Origin: Octopus sinensis
Taxonomy: Eukaryota
DNA: 64,000 nt
Assembly (NCBI RefSeq): GCF_006345805.1
Contig: NC_042998.1
Coordinates: forward strand, 177,196,001 to 177,260,000
Direction of reading: 5' to 3'
Part shown: positions 54,181-64,000 of the stretch, piece after piece
Layout: each line of letters starts with the position of its first letter
How positions within the stretch are numbered: position 1 is the stretch's first letter
Made by a program: the position numbers and the translations under genes
Notes under the pieces: model-generated
What the model saw: the letters and a program-made list of their open reading frames with translations, nothing else
What the model was told of the DNA's origin: nothing
Database searches by the model: none

Positions 54181-55436
54181 TAATAATAATAATAATAATA
54201 ATAATACAAACAGTTCGAATTGTGGAATAAGCGCTATGCAGGGAGAAAAGGGAGATAAGTCTGATCTTTCGAAATTAACTGTTTAGTGTTGCAGGTTAAT
54301 TGATTGCGAATATTGGATCTACGAGCATTTATCTCGATTATGAGTTACCTCAGAGTTTTCCATTTCTCTCATCTCCGTCTAATGATGAATTCTTTTTTTT
54401 TTGCGGTGGGGGGGGGGGTGCCAATAATTGAAAAAGTGGGAGAAATTACCAATATATTACATATGAGTTCGTCGTAAGGAATGAAAATTTTAACATTTCA
54501 GCTTTTTATTCTTCTATACAGAATAGAGCAAAATCGTGATGTTATTGGCCTGATTGTTATGTACACAAAACCCTCGCAAATAAATGAAGCACAAAGCTGA
54601 AACCGGTGGCATGATTTCAAACAATATGAAGACACAATACTATATTACTACAAGGCCTTTAGTCCGGCACATTTCTACAAATTAAACTATATTTACCATT
54701 CTTTGGGATTGGCAAGGAACCAGGTTTAATACACGGGTTTAATACACAATAAGGCATTTTGAATCACACACTATTACTTCAACTTAAACTATATCCTCCT
54801 TTCTCTGCGTGTGTATAAGAAGGATACTACCGACATACAGGTACCACCACTTAAAACTGCAGTCACCGTTCGATATACACAAGACAGACTTTTATATAAT
54901 GGAATTGATATTAATACGAGATATTGCATAAAGTTAGATAAGAATGATGGAATTTCAAGAACAGCTAGAGACCATTGTGAGACTACTACTACTACTACTA
55001 TTACTACTACTACTACTACTACTACTGTTGCTGCTACTACTACTACTGTTGCTGCTGCTACTACTACTACTACTACTACTACTATTACTAACCTTCTGTT
55101 CCCAAAAGAGATTATGACACGGAAGCCTAAAGTGGTGGAATATGAATACAGGATTACTTACTATTTGGATTTCGTCTTTCAGTAAGCAGAGAGCATCGTG
55201 GGCATTTCTTGAAGCTGCGTAAGGGAAGAATTGAATATAGTGACCATTAATTTCAGTTAGTATTTTGTCAGTATACAATAACATTGTGCAGTGTGCATAG
55301 TGTAGTGTAGCGTTAGTGTTGTTGTTGCTGTTGTTGTTCTTGCTGTTGCTGCTACTGTTGCTAAAATATTATAGCCATGGCTGTACCATTTCTTTTTCTT
55401 TTTTCAGAAACAGCACGATCCAGTATGTCCAATATA

Positions 55437-55665
55437 CATTTCTTTATTGCCCGCAAGGGGCTAAACATAGAGGGGACAAACAAGGACAAACGGATTAAGT
55501 CGATTACATCGACCCCAGTGCGTAACTAGTACTTATTTAATCGACCCCGAAAGGATGGAAGACTAAGACAATCTTGGCGGAATTTGAACTCAGAACGTAG
55601 CGGCAGACGAAATACCGCTAAGCATTTAGCCCGGCGTGCTAACGTTTCTGCCAGCTCACCGCCTT
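55437..55665 (-). mobile_element. SINE family B with 16 bp TSD
   Basis: CAGTATGTCCAATATA at 55421-55436 and 55666-55681. Confidence 0.92.
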
Positions 55666-55817
55666 CAGTATGTCCAATATAGAAGACGAAAATGTCTTTG
55701 ATGTCAAGGAACCACGTAGAAACTCTCTAATTATTCATTGGATACTATCTTTAGTATGGATTATTGAAAGATCGTGTAGTACGACAAAGAATGGTGTTAT
55801 TATCATTGCTGTTGTGA

Positions 55818-56035
55818 AGGCAGCGAGCTGGCAGACTCGTTAGCATGTCGGGCTAAATGCTTAGCGGTATTTCGCCCGTTGTTACGTTCTGAGTTCAAAT
55901 TTCACCGAGGTCGACTTTGCCTTTCATCCTTTCAGAGTCGATAAGTTAAGTACCAGTTGCATACTGGGATCGATCTAATTGACTAGCCCCCTCCCCACAA
56001 ATTCCAGGCCTTGTGCCTATAGTAGAAAGGATTGT
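55818..56035 (+). mobile_element. SINE family B
   Basis: GGCAGCGAGCTGGCAGA head, GAGTTCAAAT B-box, tail GTAGAAAGGATT. Confidence 0.9.
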
Positions 56036-56269
56036 TGTTGTTGTTGTCATGTCTCTGCTTAGCTATCCTCGGGCAAGATCTATGACACAAAGATAATCCT
56101 CAGATCCATTGTACAATCCTCAGGTCCGTTGTTATTGATAAACCATATTTCAGTCTTACAGAGGTCCGTAGGGCAAATTTCGACATACATTTACTCTGTT
56201 TCTCTTTTGCCTGACATAGATATTTTTTCCTCTTCGGTATTATATCAATTTCTGCTGGGCAACTAATTT

Positions 56270-56546
56270 TCATTTAAGAAACACACAAAAACCGTTAGAT
56301 TCACTTCAACATTTAAATTTAATTTGCCAAAATATTTTCGTTGCTTTGAGACTGCGACCTGTTCACTGACAAAATTCCGTGCAGCATCACGGAGATGCAG
56401 CACGGAATTAAATTCAAATGTTGAAGTGAATCTAACGGTTTTTGTGTGTTTCTTAAATGGCTTATAAACACCTTCCACGCTGCAATTGTTTTCGTTCCAG
56501 CACACGATCTCAGATCAGGTCACTTGCTATGCAACTACATCTCCGT
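56270..56546 (+). mobile_element. Inverted-arm Penelope-like stub carrying a G3-C8 hammerhead variant (56321-56376, minus)
   Basis: 56271-56323 is inverted at 56407-56459. The tail matches 43921-43982. Minus motif: UUUGUCA-GUGAACA-g-GUCGC...GCAAC-GAAA-AUAU-UU-UGGCAAA. Confidence 0.6.
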
Positions 56547-56599
56547 AACTAATTTTCAGTATCATATATAATTTCTTATCCTAGATCATCATGTCTGGT

Positions 56600-59480
56600 C
56601 AGTTGCGTTTATATTTTGCTAAGGTTTTCAGAAGAAGATTCCACAGGTATTCTTTCATATTGTGAATGAATATGCACTCTGACTATTGCAACTCCTTATA
56701 CTTTTGTCTCTAAGATAATCTTTTCTACAGATTGTATTGTATACATGTTTTAATCATGACATTATGCCCCTTAGGTAAATTGCACCGTGATGGCATTCTC
56801 GGATGGCTGCTAATGATGTGGGTGACGTCTTCAGTGTTCATTCAACAAAGTCTGCATCGGTTGTCGGTGTCTTCTCTCTATCCCCATCTACTTTGTCAAT
56901 CAACTATATTATTAGTATTTACTATTCCTCGATTGTATACACATACTCTTCAAATATACCATTATTGTCCTAAGATGCCTTTGGAATGTCTTACAAATTT
57001 TCAAGTATCACTAATCGATTGGATTTAAAGGATCGAAGTCAGTTTGTTTACTTCTTTTTTGGAGAATCACATTTCCAGGCTGTTATGCCAATATGTTGTT
57101 ACATAGTTCAGTGTACCTTGATAATAGGTTCAAATGACAATTTGTAGCATGGTTGCAAGAGCTGTAAGTTCCACATTCTAATCAATTCTAAGATAGTTAT
57201 AGCATTCCTCTTTGGAAATACGAGGCAAATAGGTTACTGACATCTATATTTCGCGTCTGATCAACAATCTTCGATTGACTACTGAATATGAACAAGTGTA
57301 AACAAGCAGGACCAAACTCCATTCTTGTGTCCTGTAAAAAATATTAGGATCAGCCCTGTATCTTGTTAGGGCTATGAATTGTATCTAAATAAAGGTTATG
57401 GTCATTGACACAAAAAATGTGCGTGACTAATTTCCTTTACTCCGCAGATCTTAACGTAACCTTGGCATTTCCTCAATAATGTTGACAAGGAGTACACTGC
57501 CATAATGAACATAAGTACAAAACCTCTCTTAGAATATTTCTGTAGATACCCATGTTAGTTGTTTCAGTTCTTAGTGCTAGCTGTGGATCCATATAGTAGT
57601 CAGTCGTTAACGGCATTAACTGTAGCAGAAGAAACCTTGGCGTGGCGTAATTACTCTAGTAGCAATAAGTGAGAGATAAATTCTAATACCTTCCTTTAGT
57701 TTAGCATGGCAGAATCGTTAGCATGCCGGGCGAAATGCTTAGCGGTATTTCGTCTGATGCTACGTTCTGAGTTCAAATTTCGCCGAGGTCGACTTTGCCT
57801 TTCATCCTTTTGGGGTCGATAAAATTAAGTACCAGTTACGTACTGAGTCGATGAAATCGACTTAATACCTATGTCTGTCCTTGTTTGTCCCTTCTATGTT
57901 TAGCCCCTTGTGGGTAATAAAGAAGTAGGTATTTCGTCTGCCTTTAGGTTCTGAGCTCAAATTCCGCCAAGGTCGACTTTGCCTTTCATCCTTTCGGGGT
58001 CGATAAAATTAAATACCAGTTACGTACTGGGTCGATGTAATCGACTTAATCCGCTTGTCTGTCCTTGTATGTCACATCTATGTTTAACCCCTTGTAGGTA
58101 ATAAACAAATAAGTTTAGCAGTACTGTCTGTAGATTTCGATACCATGTTTCAATTCCTTGAGAACAATTTTGTTGATGAGAAGCTGTTCAACACAGACCC
58201 AAATTCTTTTTTCTTTCATTTGTCCTTTTTTTTATGATCCTGGAGAAACATGTTCATACAACCCGTATAAGTTTATTTATAACATTTCAGTATGATATGG
58301 GCTTGTAGCATTTTGCTATATTTGTTCTCTTGGTCCTTAGGCACAACTGTCAATCCATCTGACACGTCATGTTCGGCATCCATTGTTGCTTTGTTTTAAA
58401 CAGATTGGTGAGAGTTTCCCTGTATAATCGATTACCAAATCACTTCCAGATGACTTACCATTTGATAGATTTTCAACAACTGTCCGGAGAGTTTCACATA
58501 TATCTTAAGAGGGACGTTTGCATATTACTTACTCCATGCATCCTTTAATTTCACTGTATCGCAGTTGTGCAGTTTATTTATATCCTTGTTTCATCCCTCC
58601 AAAATAACTTCAGATCGTTCTGAGAAGCATTTACAACCTTGGTGGTATTACCTCTTTATACGGCGATACACAGTTGGCAGGTTTCCTGCAAAACTTATAA
58701 TTGATACCCTTATCGTTTTGTAATCTCTTATGATAACTAAACTTTTGAACACTACTCATAGTCCGTATTTAAGGGCAATTAGTTGGCTTGTGAGTCTTTT
58801 GTCGACAGGTTCTATTTATTTTGGATATTATCTACCATAGATTAGCAGCTTGAGCTTCCTGAATTCTTTATTCCCTTTACATCTCATGGTAGTATCGAAT
58901 TGTCCATTTTTCCCCTACTCTATCGAAGTGGTAATCTAGTTTGGTTCTGTGTTATCATTACGATCGATCTCTGTTACTCCCACCTCTTGATAAATGTTAA
59001 ATGCAACACAGAACACTAGAAAATTCAATGCCCGAAAGCTGGAAGCTTCAATTTTGTGCTAGGTGTTCTTCAACAGCTTGATATATCATAGATAACATCG
59101 AGTCAGTAGATTTACTATCGGTTCATTTCATAATCGTTCAATCATTTACTGTTTATTTTTTGTTGTTTTTTTTTTGGCTGTTTTTTTTGGGGGGGGGGGG
59201 TAAACAGTGAACTTCGCCTCAAGTCTTGCAACGAGATGTGCTTTGAATTGTCGTATCTTACTCATTTCTGCTTGTTCGTAAACGTGTGATGACATCAGAC
59301 TTGATTCTTAAATTATAGTTGTCGTTTTTGCTTTGGTTCACGTTTTGGGGACAGCAGAATCTATTGGCCTGCTGATATTATTTGCTGTGCATTTCTGATA
59401 GATATTTTCCTATGTAAAGCAGTAAAAAATTTTTAGACATACGTTGTTTTCTAACGTAACTGCTTTTCCCTGACATGTAA
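56600..59480 (-). pseudogene. R4/Dong-like LINE, decayed RT region interrupted by a SINE dimer
   Basis: Minus-strand fragments in the expected order: NGKSSGSD, YKPI, CVEQLLINKIVL, MFIMAVYSLSTLL, QDTRMEFGP, CYNYLRI. Confidence 0.7.
57707..58111 (+). mobile_element. SINE family B dimer with 9 bp TSD
   Basis: AGTTTAGCA on both sides. Junction AAAGAAGTA|GGTATTTCG at about 57928. Confidence 0.9.
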
Positions 59481-59762
59481 GTATTGGGGAATATATTCCG
59501 CCCCTGTAGATCTTCGTCATGTTCATCTTCTTCAGTCGATGGAAATCCTCCAGGATTTTTGCAAAATTTTTATTCAATCTCATATCTACTGGGATTTCTC
59601 ATGATACTTCCGCTACTTGCAATAGCTGAACCCGGTCTTTCAATGATTTATATAGTAGTGATTCGGAAATATAAATATTATTTATCGGTTTCATTTAGTT
59701 GCTTCATCTTCTCCAAAAGACGATACTGTGTATGTATGTATGTATGTATGTATGTATGTATG

Positions 59763-59793
<31 letters not shown>

Positions 59794-60523
59794 GCATGTA
59801 TATATGTGTGTGTGCATGTATTATGCATGTATGTATGTACGTATGAAAGTATGTATAGTCGCTTCCATTTTCAATTATTTGAATTGTTCCTGTAAAGAGG
59901 GAGCTAGTTTCTAACAAAAATACAAAGCTCCATCATTGGAACGCAGATAACAAAAACAAATGCACATTTTAAACTTTAGAAAAGTCTCGCATATTTTTAT
60001 TGTTTTACTTACAGAATTCTCGATTTCTTTTTCTAAAAATCCTAGCATTTTCCATATTGTCATTTAGGTATTTACTCACAAAAACCAAGTGCACCAATTA
60101 TCATTGGCATAAAAGAGAATTCATAATGTGGATATAGAAATAGGCGGTTTCGAAGCAACTTCTCCGTAGTTCTCTTTCTCTGAGATTTTCGATTGTCCCA
60201 AACACAAATAAGTCTGCCTCGATATAATTACACTTCATAGAAATTTTGATGGGTAAGTTCCACCAAAATTTCTTGTTAATGCTTACGTATGTATTGAATA
60301 CAGTGGGGTTCTCTATATTTATTGAGAGGCTTCATTTACTCTTTATTCGGATGGCATTATTTTTTTTGTTTTTAGTGACAACGCCGTGGCCGCATAGGGA
60401 CATATTACCGTGACATTTTGGGGCAGTTGCTGATCATCGTGATGTCTTCCTCAGAAATGTATGTATGTATGTATGTATGTATGTATGTATGTATGTATGT
60501 ATGTATGTATGTATGTATGTATG

Positions 60524-61142
60524 TCTCTAAGATAATCTTTCGAGTGCTACTGGTAACATGTAACCCAGTACAACCTGTTGCATGGTCGGGTCGTCGGCGA
60601 CTAAACCGGCAACCCCACCAAGCTTGCTTTAAAAAAAAATCTTCTTGCATAGGCATTGCGCGATAACAACATTGTTCATGATTGTTGATGGTGCTGTGAG
60701 TCTCAACTGAATGGCTGTCTGTAGCCTTAAAAAGCAAATAAAAGTCACATTCGATCACAGCACCAGTAACAGTTAAGCTTCGTGCAATGGCCATACTCGA
60801 TAACGAGGGGGCAGCCATCATGTATGTATGTAGTATGTATGTATGTCTCTAAGATAATCTTTCGAGTGCTACTGGTAACATGTAACCCAGTACAACCTGT
60901 TGCATGGTCGGGTCGTCGGCGACTAAACCGGCAACCCCACCAAGCTTGCTTTAAAAAAAAATCTTCTTGCATAGGCATTGCGCGATAACAACATTGTTCA
61001 TGATTGTTGATGGTGCTGTGAGTCTCAACTGAATGGCTGTCTGTAGCCTTAAAAAGCAAATAAAAGTCACATTCGATCACAGCACCAGTAATAGTTAAGC
61101 TTCGTGCAATGGCCATACTCGATAACGAGGGGGCAGCCATCA
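60524..61142. repeat. Near-identical tandem duplication of a ~297 bp unit separated by (TATG)n
   Basis: 60524-60820 versus 60846-61142. The only difference I see is GTAACAG/GTAATAG. Confidence 0.95.
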
Positions 61143-61911
61143 TGTATGTATGTATTATGTATGTATGTATGTATGTATGTATGTATGTATTATGTATGTA
61201 TTTATGTATATATGTATGTGTGTATGTATGTATGGAAGCATTTTTTCGAGTACTTAGATCTAACTTAAGATATGTTTTGATCAAAGATTTGCCCAGATCA
61301 TGTCTGCATACAATACAACAGCGAGCAGTCAGTCTGTTTAACATGTTGAGTCGGTTAGTTATTTTAGCGACATCAGATATGTAATAGTTTCCGTTGGAGG
61401 TGAACTACACCGTGTGACGGAATGGGTTAACTGACTTTACTGACTTTCTTCACTTCTTTACTGACATTTTGCATAATAATTAAACAGTGTAGACGAAATT
61501 GATATTTATAAAGAATAGACGTTAATTATGTTTACCTTTGTATTCTTTGGTTTCAGCCTTTAGAATATGGTGGATCATATCGACAGTCTGGTATTATATA
61601 TACATTGTATTTATTGAATGGTTAGGCTACGGTTACATTTCTTACCTAAAGGACTCAAAATTAGTTTATACACTGGCAAATATCACAACCACAGAAACAC
61701 ATTTATACGCGCACCCATACACGCACACACACACACAACTAGTTTGCGCAGAGTCTATTTTCATGACATGCGTTAACCGAAATCCGCACCGCGTGATCGA
61801 AATCGGAACCAAGTGATCGCACAACGAACTTTTTAACCATACTGCTATGTCGTTGCTTTTCTTAAATAAATATAGTCTTTAAAAAATAGTGATAAGAATG
61901 ACAGAAATATT

Positions 61912-62076
61912 GGGTTTAAATTTAGGCACAAGTCCAACAATTTTAGGGGAGATGATAAAGTCGATTACATTGACCCTAGTGATCAACTTGTACTTATTTT
62001 ATCAACCCCGGAATTTGAACTCAGAACGTAATGACGGATACCCGGCGTGCTAACGATTCTGCCAGCTCGCCGCCCT
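61912..62076 (-). mobile_element. SINE family B, internally deleted, with TSD
   Basis: GAATGACA(G/A)AAATATT at 61896-61911 and 62079-62094. Confidence 0.8.
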
Positions 62077-62366
62077 AGGAATGACAAAAATATTAAAATC
62101 TTTTCTAGTAGATGGAGGAGGGTGTAGTACTACGGAATGGGGCGATTAGGCGCAGCTGCTTGGACATTAAACACGGCTGGCATGACATTCAGCCCTTTTG
62201 CCGACAGTTGTTTTTAACTCTAGGGGTAAACACATTCACAGGTGCACACCAAAATATATACATCCAGAGTGAATGAATGAGAGAGACAGACAGACAGAGG
62301 CAGGAATTACAATTTGTTAATTGAACACTATTGATATAAACACACACACACACACACTTTCTCTCT

Positions 62367-62414
<48 letters not shown>

Positions 62415-63066
62415 CTCATACACATAGAGAAATATGCTCAAATGCATAAACATAGAGAAAGAGAGAGGAGCGAGCGGGGGGAAGTAATGGAGAAAGGGGA
62501 CGAAGTAAACATTAAAATGCTTGATGTCAAATAAATCTGCGTCGAATCAACGACGCCAAATTCACGACGCCATAACAGCTATGCCAAAACATCTCATAAC
62601 CCTAACTAATACATTTCAAACGTATCCACCTTTGTCATCATCAGGTGGTGGTGTATTTTATGTCTAATAATAATAATTTAATTGAACTAGGATTGAAATA
62701 AGCTCTCATCCACGAGGCATTTGATGACGATTTGGCTATTAAGCAGTCACTGATTGGACCGAATGTCCTTTCTGTGTTGATATTTCTTATTTTGAAAAAA
62801 AAAAAAGCGTTTGTGTGAATTATGTATGAGCAGCTAACATCGTTCACACGCACACACACCTGTGTGTGGAGGGGGCGTGGTAAGGTGTGTACAAGTACGC
62901 AGGTATTCCTTCAGATATATTTGCATACGTTTAGTTCTATTCTTAACTTCACCCCCCTGATGGCCAGATGCAACGCAGATAAACACCCACGCACTAGCAC
63001 ATACCGCGCACGTACTGACACAGACATGTGTATGTGCGCGTTTGTGTGGGGTGGGGGAGACAGGGA

Positions 63067-63130
<64 letters not shown>

Positions 63131-63350
63131 GAAGTAGGGAGAACGGAGGAAGGAAGGAAGGAAAAAAAGAAAATAACGAAAGGAAGAAAAAGAACGAAAG
63201 AAAGAAAGAATGAAAAAAGAGAAACAAAGAAACAAAGAAAGAAAGGAAAAAGTTATATATTCATAAATTCATATAAACCTCCCACACACACACATCTCTC
63301 TCTTTCTCTTTCTCTCTCTTTCTCTCCCTCTCTCTTTCTATCTCTCTCTC

Positions 63351-63397
<47 letters not shown>

Positions 63398-63749
63398 CAT
63401 ATAAACACACACATACAAATTGTACATGTATGTATGTCCGTTTATGTGTGTGTCTATGTGTGTGTGTGTGCGTGGTGTGGTGTGTGTATGTGTATATGTG
63501 TGTGAGTATATGTGTGTGTGCGTGTGTGTGTAACTAAGCGAATACCTGCTTACCTGTACGACCAGACATGGTAATAAATGCATATATGATCAAAAGATTT
63601 CACCGATGCAATTCAAGACATTTGGATACACCTGGAAATTGTCACAGCGTATAAAAGTGATTCTTTAGAATTGGGTTTTTGTTATTTCTACCCGATAACC
63701 CCAAGTACTGAATTTACCTTGCAATCAGCTGTCGTTATGATCTTTCTTT

Positions 63750-64000
63750 AAATTGCTTCAGGCATTGGACTACGGCCATGCTGGAGTAGCACCTTGAAGC
63801 GTATTTGTCGGATAGATTGACCCCCAGTAGTTATCTTCGATTTTTTTCCTGTTTTTTTTTTGTTTTTTGAAAGTCTGGCACTTATTCTATCGGTATCTAT
63901 TTGCCGAACCGCTAAGTTACAGGTACGTAAACAAAGCAACAGCGGTATTAAAGAGGTGGAGAGAACAAACACAGAGACAAAGACGCACACACGCACGCGC
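63750..64000 (-). mobile_element. SINE family A, 3' part (runs off the window)
   Basis: Decayed reverse complement of the family A tail. Confidence 0.75.

Noticed and set aside
60405-61344. Repeated 138/199 aa ORFs
   Set aside because: By-product of the tandem duplication and (TATG)n. No recognisable protein motif.
62822-63505. 227 aa ORF, the longest in the window
   Set aside because: Open only because of (GAAA)n, (CT)n, (TA)n and (TG)n runs. No domain signal.

Overview
AT-rich, microsatellite-dense eukaryotic non-coding DNA with no intact host protein-coding gene that I can support. Most ORFs in the track are translations of (TA)n, (CA)n, (ATT)n, (GATA)n, (TATG)n or (GA)n runs. The repeat families look like those of an octopus/cephalopod genome (inferred from SINE types, not database-checked). 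The window holds three tRNA-headed SINE families, five copies of an unclassified ~555 bp element sitting in (ATT)n arrays, four or five decayed R4/Dong-like restriction-endonuclease LINEs, a CR1-like LINE 3' end and a LINE 5' end with ORF1. It also holds a near-full-length dead mariner, a fold-back mariner derivative, MITEs and Helentron-type HINEs. The most interesting layer is about ten minimal hammerhead-ribozyme-like motifs from six or more repeat families, often as inverted or tandem pairs and mostly in (TA)n arrays, in the style of Penelope/retrozyme termini. Two of them carry a compensatory G3-C8 swap of the catalytic-core C3-G8 pair.
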